A stretch of 64,000 bases of DNA from an uncultured Alphaproteobacteria bacterium (GCA_963741595.1 CAVUIV010000008.1:172587-236586), one strand, 5' to 3'; counted from the stretch's first letter, positions 19,003 to 29,484 are shown. Translations and numbers: made by a program. The notes: generated by a model not told the origin, from the letters alone.

Positions 19003-19822
19003 GTGCCGAACCGCCTCGACGAAATCCGCTACCAGATCGCTCTGGCGAGCCGCATGCTCGCCCACGAAAACGTGCTCGATGCCTTCGGCCATGTCAGCAT
19101 GCGCCATCCGACCGATCCCGGCCGCTATTTCCTGTCGCGCTCGCGCTCGCCGCAACTGATCGAGCCCGACGACATCCTGGAATACACCCTCGATTCCGAG
19201 CCGGTGAAGCCGCCGACCGTCGCCGATGTTCGCCGAGCGCGTGATCCACGGCTGCATCTACGAGGCGCGGCCCGACGTGATGGCGGTGTGCCATCACCAC
19301 GCCGCGGCGGTGCTGCCGTTCTGCGTCGCCGGCGTGCCGATCGAGCCGGTGTTTCACCTCGGCGCCGCCAGCGGCGAGACCACGCCGTTCTGGGATCAGC
19401 AAGCGAGTTCGGCGACACCAATCTGCTGGTGCGGAAGCCGGAGGAGGGGCGCTCGCATCGCCCGCGCGCTCGGGCAGCACGCGGCGGTGCTGCTGAACCG
19501 CCACGGCGCGACCGTGGTCGGCGCCGACATCCGCGAGCTGGTCTCGCGCTGCATCTTCATGTGCCAGAACGCGGCATATCAGCTGCAGGCGCACATGCTC
19601 GGCAAGGTCGACAAGCTCGCGCCCGGCGAGGTCAAGCTCGCGAGCACGCTCAATGCGCTGCCGAACGTCACCGGCCGGACCTGGGAATACTGGACCATGC
19701 GGCTGGCGGAGGCCGGCCGGCTGCCGCCCGCGGAAGCCAAGGTCGAAGCCGCCGGCGAAAGCCGCCGCCAAGGCGAAGCGCGCGTCAGCCAAAAAAGCCT
19801 CGCGGCGCAAGAAGCGGCGTTG
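19003..19822 (+). pseudogene. Class II aldolase/adducin-family protein, at least 3 frameshifts, with a Lys/Ala-rich tail
   Basis: NRLDEIRYQIALASRMLAHENVLDAFGHVSMRHP is in ORF 18931..20433. MFAERVIHGCIYEARPDVMAVCHHHAAAVLPF...LNRHGATVVGADIRELV is in ORF 19226..19900. A third frame ends KPPAKAAAKAKRASAKKASRRKKRR* at about 19822. Confidence 0.7.
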
Positions 19823-19830
19823 ATCGCGCC

Positions 19831-20634
19831 TCAGCGCGGCTTGCGCCCGCCGAACACCGGCGCGCGCTTCTCCAGGAACGCGCGCACGCCCTCCGCATAG
19901 TCGGGCGTCAGGCTCGCCTCGCGCTGGAATTCGCGCTCGAGGTCGAGCTGGGCGTCGAGGTCGTTGTCCCAGGACTGGTCGAGCGCGCGCTTGATCAGCG
20001 CCAGGCCCGAGCGTCGGCGCCGTCGCGAAATGCTGGCAGAGCTTGTGCGCTTCCGCCATCAGCTCGTCGTCCGGCGAGCGCTTTCCAGATCATGCCCCAG
20101 CTTTCCGCCTTTTCCGCCGGCACCGGCTCGGCGGTCAGCGCCAGCGCGCGGGCGCGCGCCGGGCCGATCAGGCGCGGCAGGATCCAGGTGCCGCCGGAAT
20201 CGGGAACGAGACCGATTTTGGCGAACGACTGCACGAACGATGCCGATCGGCGCGGCCAGAACGATGTCGCAGGCGAGCGCGATGTTGCAGCCGGCGCCGG
20301 CGGCGACGCCGTTGACGGCCGCGACCACCGGGAACGGCAGCCCGCGCAATTTCCGGACCAGCGGGTTGTAGTAGGCCTCCAAGCGCGCCGCCGAGCACCG
20401 GCGTCTCGCCGGCCTTCGACAGCCGGTCGTTGAGATCCTGGCCGGCGCAGAAACCGCGGCCGGCGCCGGTCAGCAGCAGGGCGCGGCACGCCTTCGTCGG
20501 CTTCTGCATCCGCGAGCGCGTCGCGCAGCGCCATGTGCATGGTCTCGGTGAAGGCGTTGAGCCGCTGCGGCCGGTTGAGCGTGATGACGCGATAGCCCGC
20601 GCTGCTGCTCGACCAGAATTGGTTGTTCGTCCAT
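19831..20634 (-). pseudogene. Enoyl-CoA hydratase/isomerase (crotonase) family protein, at least 5 frameshifts
   Basis: The fragments are MDEQPILVEQQRG (ORF 20470..20754), CRALLLTGAGRGFCAGQDLN (20168..20509), YYNPLVRKLRGLPFPVVAAVNGVAAGAGCNIALACDIVLAA (20059..20382), FVQSFAKIGLVPDSGGTWILPRLIGPARARALALTAEPVPAEKAESWGMIWK (19995..20540) and MAEAHKLCQHFATAPTLG (19094..20059). The stop follows EKRAPVFGGRKPR at about 19831. Confidence 0.8.
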
Positions 20635-20714
20635 CGCCCGCCTCTCGAGGCGCGATTTAAGCCGATCGCGAGGCCGCGGGAAAGCCGATGACGAGGCCGA
20701 TCGCGCTATCGAGC

Positions 20715-20791
20715 CTAGTGCCCCGTTTCCGAAGTTCGTGATACGCCTCAGCACATTCTCGACACGAACTTCGGAAACAAAGGGGCACTAG
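20715..20791. repeat. Long imperfect inverted repeat (about 26/29-nt arms, 22-nt loop)
   Basis: The left arm is ctagtgccccgtttccgaagttcgtg (20715..20740). The right arm is cacgaacttcggaaacaaaggggcactag (20763..20791). The only difference is a 3-nt bulge. Confidence 0.7.
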
Positions 20792-20796
20792 TAACT

Positions 20797-21069
20797 CTAT
20801 GATTCCAGTGCCGCTTTTCGATTTGAAGTTCCTGGTCGAATTTGCTGCCACCGTAGTAGGAACTTCAAATCGGCGGCACTGGCGACGGCGATCAGGCGAT
20901 GCACAGCTTCGAGCGCCGTCACGCGGGCGGCCAGCGGGATCTCCGGAAATGCGGCCCGCAGCTCCCGCAACGCCTCGGCCGTCGAGGCCGGGCGGAGCCG
21001 CGCAATTCGATCCATCATGGCCTGGGTCAGATGCGTTTCGGGCAGCACAGGTCGGGCTGTCATCGACAT
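20797..21069 (-). CDS. Small hypothetical protein (about 90 aa)
   Basis: This is a sub-part of track ORF 20797..21231. The ATG at 21069 lies 6 nt after GGAGA. The sequence is MSMTARPVLPETHLTQAMMDRIARLRPASTAEALRELRAAFPEIPLAARVTALEAVHRL.... The 3' end runs through the hairpin at 20819..20872, so the stop is uncertain. Confidence 0.35.
   Translation of the reverse strand: MSMTARPVLPETHLTQAMMDRIARLRPASTAEALRELRAAFPEIPLAARVTALEAVHRLIAVASAADLKFLLRWQQIRPGTSNRKAALES
20819..20872. repeat. Perfect 15-bp inverted repeat with a 24-nt loop
   Basis: The arms are cgatttgaagttcct (20819..20833) and aggaacttcaaatcg (20858..20872). Confidence 0.7.
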
Positions 21070-21325
21070 GACCATTCTCCTCGGACCCGGCGGCCTCGTA
21101 TCGTCGGCGTAATTGGTAACCGGATTATTAAGGCGCGGCCGTGGTGGCGGCGCCCGTCCGTTCCAATGATACCGCTGTTGCAATGCGGTCGAAGCCGCGA
21201 AGTTCCGCGCCGCCCGTGCCTGAAAATTCATCAGTAACCATGAGTGCGGTGAGATCTAGAGTGCCCTCGTGCCGGTCGAGGTCCCAACCGGCGGTTAAAA
21301 GCAGGCTGTCCGGTGTTTCTTCGTC

Positions 21326-22570
21326 TCAAGCATGTTCCGCTGGATTGCGAAATTTGTAGAGACCGACGTTCAGCGTCATCGCTTCAAAGCCGACTTGGCA
21401 ATAGGACAGGTAGTATTCCCAAGTCCGCTTGAACTTGCGGTCAAAACCAAGTCGTTCAATCGCCGGCCATGCTTGCTGAAAGCGACGCTCCCACAGCGAC
21501 AAGGTCCTTGCGTAGCTCTCACCGAACAGCTCAGCCGAGACAAGTTGCAGGCCTGCTGCCGCGGCCTGCTGTTCGATGATCGACCTTGTTGGCAGCATCC
21601 CGCCTGGGAAGATGTACCGCTGGATGAAGTCCGGCCGATTGCGATAGGCGCTGAAACCGCTGCTCGTCGATCGTGATGGCTTGGAGCACGGCAATTCCGC
21701 CCGGGCGCAGATTGTCCCGCAGCTGACTGAAATAGGTCGGCCAATAGGCCGCGCCGACGGCTTCCAGCATTTCGATCGAAACAATGCGGTCGTAGTTTTC
21801 GCGGACGTCACGATAGTCCTGCAGCCGCAGGTCGCCGTACTGCGATAGCCCGCGGGCGCGAAGCCGTTCGCGCGCGAATTCCAGTTGCTAGGACGGAGAG
21901 GGTGACGCCGGTCACATTGCAACGATAGCGGCCGATCAATCGGTCCGCCAAGACCGCCCCAGCCGCAGCCGATTTCCAGCACGCGCTCTCCGCCGGAGAC
22001 TTCCAGCAGGTCGCATACGCGCGTCTAGCTTGGCCTCCTGTGCATCTTCCAGAGTCTCGCCTGTCGGCGGAAAACAGCCCGGAAGAATAGCTCATGCTCG
22101 GGTCGAGCCACTGCGCATAGAATTCGTTTCCAAGGTCGTAGTGGGCGGCGATATTGCGCCGGCTTCCGCGCTTGGAGTTCCGGTTCAGGGCGTGTCGAAG
22201 CCGGCCCAGAATTCGCGGTGCTCGCAGGCGCCGCGCCGATTCTACTGAATCGGCATTCAGCAGCATGAAGGTCATCAGCGCAGCGAGGTTCGGCGACGAC
22301 CACTCGCCCGCGATGTAGGACTCGGCGAAGCCGAGGTCGCCACCTGTCATCAGGCGCAACAGGGCTTTCCAGCGGTGAACCCTCAATTGCGCCTGTGGAC
22401 CGGGCTGGCGCCCCTCGATGACAAGGCGTTCGCCGGATGGGGTATCGACGACCAGCCGTCCATATTCCAACCATCGGAGAATTCGCCGTAGCAGCACGGC
22501 ACGCAGCGAATGGGAGGGCGGCGTGGTTATCCGTTTCGAAACCGGTTGCTGGTTGCTGCTGCAGGGACAT
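21326..22570 (-). pseudogene. Cyclopropane-fatty-acyl-phospholipid synthase-like SAM-dependent lipid methyltransferase (UfaM/FufM-like), at least 4 frameshifts
   Basis: The N-terminal half is in ORF 21808..22734 (LRRILRWLEYGRLVVDTPSGERLVIEG...HYDLGNEFYAQWLDPSMSYSSGLF). The SAM motif LEIGCGWGGL is in ORF 21326..21982. MLEAVGAAYWPTYFSQLRDNLRPGGIAVLQAITIDE is in ORF 21531..21770. The C-terminus reads YIFPGGMLPTRSIIEQQAAAAGLQLV...RTWEYYLSYCQVGFE. Confidence 0.8.
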
Positions 22571-23365
22571 GTCGGTTCAATCCAAATTCCTGGACGTCGC
22601 CGGGGCGACGGACGTCGATGTTCTCGGGCGCTGCTGGCTTGGGGCGTGCGCGGAGGCCCTTCAGCCAAAGCCGCAAGGCCTCCCAGTGGATGGCGCCAAT
22701 GACCTTCAGTGTGATCGCGGGCATCTTCAGGCACAGCCCGATCAAGGCGCGGTTTGTCAGCGTCCGCCGTTTCCCGACAAGGGCGGCGTTGAAGAGCGGG
22801 CCATCATCGGCACTGACGCGAATGCTGACTGCAATGCGCTCGCCGGGTTCGGTGACCAGGAAGTCGTACGTCAGTGCCATGTCCATGAAAGGCGACACAT
22901 GGAATTGCTTGCGGCAACGCTGCTGCACCGCGCCAGGCTGCGGACTTACGGGGAGGACGTAGCTGTGACGCTCGCCGAAAGTGTTGTGGACTTGGTAGAT
23001 CAGCGCAGCGAGTGCGCCGTCTGCGCGGTGACAATAATAGATGCTCAACGGGTTGAAGCAGTACCCGAATGTCCGCGGCAGGCAGAGGAGCCTAATACGA
23101 ATGCCTGCTAGTGTCGACACCAGCAGCGCGAAGCTGTCGCTCGACCTGCAGGCGAAGCGGCGTCGACGAGCCGTCGCCATGGTCTGTCGTCGTAGACGCT
23201 GAAAAGGTTCGAACCGTTGTGCGATAGCAGCCGTAGCTTCGCGGACAGGCGTGGCAGTTCGTCGAGGTCGAGCAGAAGCCAGAATGCGGCATACCGGAAA
23301 TGGTGGACTCGCGGGCGCGTTCGACGGTGCATGACTGATCCGACGTAGAGCGACGACGCGGTCAC
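22527..23365 (-). pseudogene. DUF1365-family protein (UfaO-like), at least 2 frameshifts
   Basis: A GTG start at 23363..23365 overlaps the upstream TGA (GTGA). LYVGSVMHRRTRPRVHHFRYAAFWLLLDLDELPRL is in the ORF 23108..23563 frame. LPRTFGYCFNPLSIYYCHRADGALAALIYQVHNTFGERHSYVLP...FHVSPFMDM is in ORF 22527..23384. Confidence 0.75.
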
Positions 23366-24717
23366 GTCTGCAATTCCCGAGCATAGGCTGCGGTCTGCGC
23401 GGTCAATACGATACGGCCGGATTTGTTGGCGACGCTCCAAGGACGCCGCAAACCGCCGAGCTGTTCTGCGACGGCGAGGCCGGCTTGCAGTCCATCTTCG
23501 TGAAATCCTGCGCCGAAATGCGCGCCGCAAAACCAGGTCTTTCGTTTGCCCTGAAGCAGCCAAAGCCGCTGCTGCGCAGCGATTGCCCTCGCGTCGAAGA
23601 TCGGGTGCTCATAGACTTCGCTGTGGATGATCGATCCGGCGCGCGGCGACCGGCGAGGATTGAGCGTGACGAACACCGGGACTTCGGTCGCAAGATTCTG
23701 CAGCCTGTTCATCCAATAGGTGACGCCGATACCGTCACGAACGGCATTGTCGCTGCCAAGATAGTTCCAACTCGACCAGACCGCGCGACGCTTCGGCATG
23801 AAGCTCTGGTCCCTGTGAAGCACCGTAAGATTTCGACTGTACCGGAAAGCGCCCAGGAGCTCGCGCTCGGACTGCGTTTGCATCGGCAAGCATGCGACAG
23901 CGCCTGGTCGGCATGCGCAGCCATGACGACGTGGTCGTACTGTTCCGAGCGCCCCGTCGAGTCCGTGACGATAGGCCCATTCGTCGGTGCGTCGCACGCT
24001 GACCACCGCGGTGTCGAGCCTGATCTGGTCGGCGAAGGATCGGGTGAGGCGCTCGACGTAGGTGCGGCTGCCGCCCCTGACGGTTTCCCAAGGCGGGCGC
24101 CGGTGTAGCTTCAGCAGCCCGTGATTGTGGTAGAAGCGCACAAAGGAGGCCGCGGGATAGGACAGCATCTCCGCTGGTGTCGACGACCAGATGGCACCCG
24201 CCATCGGCAGAATGTGCCGTTCGCGGAACGCATCACCATATCGGCCTATCTCAAGATACTCTCCAAGACTTAAGTCCCCGTCGTCCATCGACGCCAAGTC
24301 GCGCGGCGCCGTCTGGTAGAAGCGCACAAGATCGACGAGCATCTTCCAAAAGCGGGGTCTGAACAGATTTCCCGGCTGGCCGAACAAGCCGGAGAGACCG
24401 GAACCGGAATATTCGAACCGGCCATCGTCCATCGACACGGCGAACGACATGGTGGCCGCGCTCCGTTGGCACTCTCGAGGTGTTCCAGGAGCGCCGTCAG
24501 ATTCGGATAGGTCTGTCGGTTGAACACGATAAAACCGGTGTCGACGGGAATGTCGCTGGCCGTTGATGGATGCTAGGATTGTGTTGGAATGGCCGCCGAC
24601 ACGATCGGCCCGTTCGTATACCGTCACGTCATGACGCTGGCTGAGCAGCCATGCGGCGGACAGACCCGAGATCCCGGTTCCAACGACGGCAACCTTGAAG
24701 CGAGCGCCAATTTTCAT
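23362..24717 (-). pseudogene. FAD-dependent oxidoreductase of the amine-oxidase/phytoene-desaturase fold (UfaD-like), two compensating frameshift pairs
   Basis: Within track ORF 23362..24861, starting at MKIGARFKVAVVGTGISGLSAAWLL (dinucleotide-binding motif). Two internal stretches read correctly only in other frames: FNRQTYPNLTALLEHL (ORF 24270..24527) and MAAHADQALS (ORF 23709..23924). Confidence 0.8.
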
Positions 24718-24789
24718 CGGATTCCAACACGTCTGGGTGGGCTTCTGGCCTTGGGCGCCTGCGGCCGTTGGCGCCCGTTCCTGATGAAA

Positions 24790-24815
24790 TACGACCCCCA
24801 GGCCGGCTTGGATCA
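24790..24815 (-). promoter_or_regulatory. Candidate RpoE(ChrR)-type ECF promoter for the FAD-oxidoreductase/DUF1365/Cfa operon
   Basis: The minus strand reads TGATCC-aagccggcctgggggt(16 nt)-CGTA. It lies about 70 nt upstream of the ATG at 24717. From memory, this matches the TGATCC / CGTA boxes of ChrR-associated ECF sigma factors. Confidence 0.55.
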
Positions 24816-24823
24816 CTCGGTGA

Positions 24824-24850
24824 TGATCCAAGATCGTGGTCGGCGTCGTT
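24824..24850 (+). promoter_or_regulatory. Candidate autoregulated RpoE-type ECF promoter for the sigma/anti-sigma operon
   Basis: The plus strand reads TGATCC-aagatcgtggtcggcgt(17 nt)-CGTT. Its -35 box lies back-to-back with the minus-strand one (ggatcactcggtgatgatcc). Confidence 0.45.
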
Positions 24851-24970
24851 TCAATGGGCATGCACTCCGCCGTAACCTTGGTTCATCCGCCGGTGATGGC
24901 GCAGGTCGCTCCGGTCTCCGGCGATATCACGGCGACCCGGGGGCTCGCGAAGGAGAGCCTGTCACTGGCC

Positions 24971-25558
24971 ATGCACGCTAAGGGCGACGTCACCTTCCGG
25001 ATCATTTGAATGGAGCCGGCTGATCGTCGCCGTGGCCACGCATCGGGACCGCGCCGCTTTCAGCACGCTGTTCGAATACTTCGCCCCGCGGCGTGAAAAC
25101 ATACATGCAGCGATCCGGGGCCACGGAGGCGGGTGCCGAGGAACTGGCGCAGGAAGCGATGCTGACGGTATGGCGGAAGGCTGCGCTGTTCGATCCCGCA
25201 AGGCGCTGGCGCCAGCGCGTGGATTTTCGCGATCGCCCGCAATCTTCGCATCGACGCCTTTCGACGCGAGCGACGTGGCGGCGCAACCGAGGTAGGGGAG
25301 ATCGAAGTCGAGTTCCAGATCGACCATTTCCCCGCTAACCTGACGCGGCGGTCGTCGCGATTTAGTCTGATAACGTTGGTGCGTTCCGCATTGGCGGAAC
25401 TGCCGGCCGAGCAGATGCGCGTCATCGAACTGTCATTTTTCGAGGAACGAGCGCACGCGGACATCGCTGGGATCTTGGGTATTCCGCTTGGCACCGTTAA
25501 GTCGCGATTGCGGCTGGCGATGAATCGCCTTCGTAATCTCTTGGGTGATCTGTCATGA
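24971..25558 (+). pseudogene. rpoE: ECF RNA polymerase sigma factor, RpoE (ChrR-partner) type, about 3 frameshifts
   Basis: The pieces run MHAKGDVTF (ATG 24971), then EWSRLIVAVATHRDRAAFSTLFEYFAPR (ORF 25032..25295), then KTYMQRSGATEAGAEELAQEAMLTVWRKAALFDPAR (ORF 25093..25338), then region 4, ALAELPAEQMRVIELSFFEERAHADIAGILGIPLGTVKSRLRLAMNRLRNLL (ORF 25376..25558). Confidence 0.8.
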
Positions 25559-26208
25559 CGATCCGACACCATCCCGACGATGCCATGCTGCTGGCTTTCG
25601 CAGCCGGAACGCTCGACCTCGGTCAGCACGCCGCGATTGCGACGCATCTGTGTCGTGTCCGCATTGCCGGCGCCTGGCCCGCGCAATGGAGCACGTCGGC
25701 GGGGCCGTGCTGACGAGCCTGCCGCCTTCGCCGATGTCGGCCGACGCGCTGGCGCGCGTCGAAGCGCGCCTGACGCAGTCCGGCGAGGCCGCTGCAAAGT
25801 GATGCAGCGCCGGCCGTTGCTGGCGCTGATATTGCCGGGTTTGCCGACATTCATCTGTAGGTATCCGACTCGGTGACTGGCAGTGGGTTGCGCCGCGTGT
25901 GCACCTGCGCCGGATCGCATTGCCCGAGCAGAGCAAGACGCGGCGTGTTTCTGCTCCGGTCCGGTCCGGGAACGAAAATGCTGCAGCATTCCCACACCGG
26001 ACTCGAAATGACCTGCGTGCTGTCCGGTGCATTCAGGCACGACAGTGGCCATTTCGGCCCGGGTGATTTCGATCTCGGCGATGAGACGGTCGATCACCAG
26101 CCGATTGTCGATGACGGCCAGGATTGTGTCTGTCTGGTCGCGATGCAGGGAGAACTGCGGCTGAACGGCTTGCTTGGCCGCATGATGCAGCCGTTCGTGC
26201 GGCTCTGA
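25555..26208 (+). pseudogene. chrR: ChrR-family anti-sigma factor (zinc-binding N-terminal domain plus C-terminal cupin), about 3 frameshifts
   Basis: The ATG at 25555 overlaps the sigma gene stop. My own translation gives MTIRHHPDDAMLLAFAAGTLDLGQHAAIATHL, followed in ORF 25545..25802 by SCPHCRRLARAMEHVGGAVL (HxxxCxxC zinc motif). The cupin part is in ORF 25873..26208 (MLQHSHTGLEMTCVLSGAFRHDSGHFGPGDF). Confidence 0.8.
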
Positions 26209-26246
26209 CCTTTCAATTGTGCAATTCGCAGCGCCCAAACAGACTC

Positions 26247-27102
26247 CATGAAGGCCGACCGTGACGCTGGTGCAACTGGCAATCCTGTCCGTCTGCGTCG
26301 CCGTCGGCACTCAGTGGCGTGATGGCGTTCGCATGGCGCATCCAGCAAACTAGCGGCAACTCGGGTTGGGTCGATGTCTCTTGGACCTTTAGTGTGGGTG
26401 CGGTTGCGGTTGCATCGCTGCCTTGACGCCTCTCGGCCCGAGATCGCTGGCCCGAGCACACGACAGCTTCTGGTGGCGTCGCTGGTTGTGGTGTGGTCGT
26501 TGAGACTTGGCCTCCACATCGCCGCGCGCACCCGCGCCGCTGGAGACGACCCTCGCTATCGTCAGATTGTCTGCGGAATGGGGAGTCAAACGCGTCACGG
26601 CGGATGTTTTGGTTCTTGCAGACTCAAGCGGCAGTCGGGATAGTCCTGGTGATATCAGTTGCGCTGGCGGCACAAAACCCAAATCCAACGCTGCGCATTC
26701 AGGATGTTGTTGGACTGTCTTGTGCTGGCGGCAGCTGTTTGTGGGCGAAGCCGTTTCGGACGGGCAACTGCGGCGATTTCAAGGCCGGGTCCACTGACCG
26801 GAATGCGGTTTGCGATATTGGTCTCTGGCACTGGTCGCGCCATCCCAATTACTTTTTCGAGTGGCTTGCCTGGGTCGCCTATCCTGTCATTGCGATCGAT
26901 TTGTCCGGGATACAATCCCTTCGGCTGGCTGGCCGTGCTCGCGCCGGCATGTATGTACTGGGTGCTCGTGCACGTGTCCGGCATTCCTCCACTGGAAAGC
27001 CATATGCTCCGCACGCGCGGAGAGAGGTTCCGCGCGTATCAGCGGCGCACGCGGCCATTTCTGCCATGTCCGGTTTTTCGACAATCCGAGCGAGTTGACT
27101 GA
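26247..27102 (+). pseudogene. DUF1295-family membrane protein (steroid-5-alpha-reductase/ICMT-like fold), about 5 frameshifts
   Basis: My own three-frame reading gives TLVQLAILSVCVAV, GVMAFAWRIQQTSGNSGWVDVSWTF and QLLVASLVVVWSLRLGLHIAARTRAAGDDPRY. The C-terminus CDIGLWHWSRHPNYFFEWLAWVAYPVIAI...YWVLVHVSGIPPLESHMLRTRGERFRAYQRRT spans the ORF 26493..27098 and 26659..27102 frames. Confidence 0.7.
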
Positions 27103-27210
27103 GCCGAAGTGATCCAACGGCGTTGGTACGTCGTTTCACCAAGACGAGATGTCAATGATGCAGCATCTCGCTATTCAGCATTTGCCCGCTTGAGGTTCCG
27201 ACGATCACAT

Positions 27211-27621
27211 ATGTCGTCGCCTATATCGCCACGCTTGTCGTGTTCCTAGCGGCAGACATGGTGTGGCTGGGAACGATGGTGGACCGGATCTATCGCCCGG
27301 CGCTCGGCGATATTCTCTCCAGCATCGGTCAATTTCCCACCCGGCACTTGTCTTCTACCTGATCTATCCGGTCGGCTTGGTGATATTCGCTGTGATGCCG
27401 GGGTTGACGGAGCGGGTCGGTGGCAACGGGGGCGATGTACGGCGCCTTGTTCGGGTTCTTCACCTACGCGACTTATGACCTGAGCAATTATGCGACTTTA
27501 CGAAACTGGACGTTGCCAGGTGACGGTTGTGGATATCGCATGGGGCACCGTTGCTTGGCGGCGATGGCTGCTGCCGCGTCGGCTGCCTGGCTGCAAGCGC
27601 GGTTCGGTGGGGCGGAGCTGA
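27211..27621 (+). pseudogene. DUF2177-family membrane protein, about 2-3 frameshifts
   Basis: VAYIATLVVFLAADMVWLGTMVDRIYRPALGDIL is my own translation. LIYPVGLVIFAVMPG is in ORF 27263..27478. GAMYGALFGFFTYATYDLSNYATLRNWTL is in ORF 27420..27917. Both the start and the stop are uncertain. Confidence 0.6.
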
Positions 27622-27662
27622 GCCGGCATAGTCGCCGAAGATCAACGTCGTGTGTCGCTCTT

Positions 27663-29484
27663 TCACGCGCCGCGCGACGCAGCGGCTCCGCAGGGCTTCC
27701 TGCTGCTGAAGCTGGAGGCGATAGAAAAGGGCATAGCGTCCGCCTTTGCGGAGCAACTCGTCATGGCGGCCGGACTTGGCGACCCGACCGGCCTCAATCA
27801 CCAAGATCTTGTCGGCATGCATCACGGTCGACAGGCGGTGCGCGATCACGATGGTGGTGCGGCCTTTGCAGAACTCGGCCACCGCCTTTTGCACGTGGTG
27901 TTCGGATTCGGAATTGAGCGAAGCAGTGGCTTCGTCGAGCAGAATCAGCGGCGCATCCTTGATCAGCGCGCGGGCGATCGCGACGCGTTGGCGCTCGCCT
28001 CCGGACAGCCCGGCTCCGCGTTCACCGACCAAGGTGTCATAGCCTTGCGGCAAAGCCGAGACGAAATCATGCGCCTGCGCGGCCTTGGCGGCGGCGATGA
28101 TGTCGGCGTCGCTGGCGCCGGGGCGGCCGAACGCGATGTTCTCGCGGATCGTCGTGCGGAACAGGAAGACGTCCTGTCCAACATAGAGATACTTGGCGAC
28201 GCAGCGATGGCAGCGAGACCGATGCGATGTCCTGTTCGTCGATGGTGATGGCGCCGCCTTCGATGTTATAAAAGCGCAGGATGAGGTTGAGGATGGTGGA
28301 TTTTCCGCCTCCCGATGGACCGACCAGAGCCGTCATGCGGCCCGGCTCGGCCACGAACGACATGTTGCGGATGGTCTCCTCGTCTGTTCGGTACGAGAAC
28401 GTTACGTCGCTGAACTCCAAGCGCGCCGCGCTGACCTTGAGCGGCGGCCGGTCCTCCTGGGTCGGTTCGGTCGGCGGGCTGTCGATCACCTCGAACAGGA
28501 TCCGCACACCGACCAGTGACAACGTTGAGGTCGAGGTTGAACCGGGCCAGCCGCTTGGCGGGTTCGTACGCCAGCAGAAATGCGGTCAGGAACGAGAAGA
28601 ATTCGCCGGGCGACGCTCCGGCATTGATCACGCGGTGTCCGGCATAGACCATGAGGACCGCGATCGCGAGGCCGGCCAGCGTTTCCACCAGCGGCGCCGG
28701 TGCGGTTGCTGACGCGCGCCATCTTGTTGGAATGCGGCTTGGACGGCTGGCGACGTTGGCATGGAAGCGCTGCCGCATCTGGTCTTCGAGCGTGAAGGAC
28801 TTCACCAGGCGGATGCCTTGAATCGTTTCCTGCAATGTTTCGAGGGTCTGCGCGCCGCCCTGCCACTGGCTCGAGCGCGACGTTCTTGATGCGTTTGACG
28901 AGTTTCCGCAGTGCCAAGACCACCGGCGGCACCGACGACAAACGCGACCAGCGACATGACGGGGTCCTGAACGAACATGACCACGGTCGAGCGCCACGAG
29001 CGTGAGCAAATCGCGACCGAAGAGCGGTGATGACCAGGTTCAGCGCCGCATTCGCAGCCGCCGCGCCGGTCGCCAGCCGCGACAGCATTTCGGTGCTATG
29101 GCGCTCGCCGAAATACGTGAGGTTCTGCTGCTGGAGCTTGTCGAACAGCCGTTTTTGATTCTCAGCGACAATGCTGTTGCCGATGCGCGAGAGCATGAAC
29201 AGAATGTCCGTAGACGGCGGCGCCGCGCAAGGTGAAGACCAGCATGATCACGAAGCTGGTCAGGATGACGGAGTGGAAGTCGCGATTGACATAGGCTTGA
29301 TTGATGACGTCGCCGGCCAAGATAAGCCGTCAGGGCGGTGGCGCCGGCGCCGATCCCCATCAGCACGAACGACACCGCATAACGGCGCCAGCGCGACACG
29401 CCGTATTCTGACAACAATCGCCAGATCAGCCCCAGCGAGCTCTCAGGATCGGAGAGAATTGACTTGCAGTCGCGACTTTGAACA
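27663..29484 (-). pseudogene. ABC transporter, fused permease/ATPase of the MsbA (lipid A/lipid exporter) family, at least 8 frameshifts
   Basis: The NBD is in ORFs 28067..28522 (ETIRNMSFVAEPGRMTALVGPSGGGKSTILNLILRFYNIEGGAITIDEQDI) and 27460..28053 (LSGGERQRVAIARALIKDAPLILLDEATASLNSESEHHVQ...IVIAHRLSTV). The TMD pieces lie in ORFs 28266..29009, 28486..29196 and 29040..29417. The N-terminus is MFKVATASQFSPILR at about 29484. The 3' end is uncertain. Confidence 0.7.

Noticed and set aside
23206-23215. ggttcgaacc, a tRNA T-arm-like palindrome
   Set aside because: It lies inside the DUF1365 coding region. No acceptor or anticodon stems can be drawn around it. I found no tRNA-like cloverleaf anywhere in the window.
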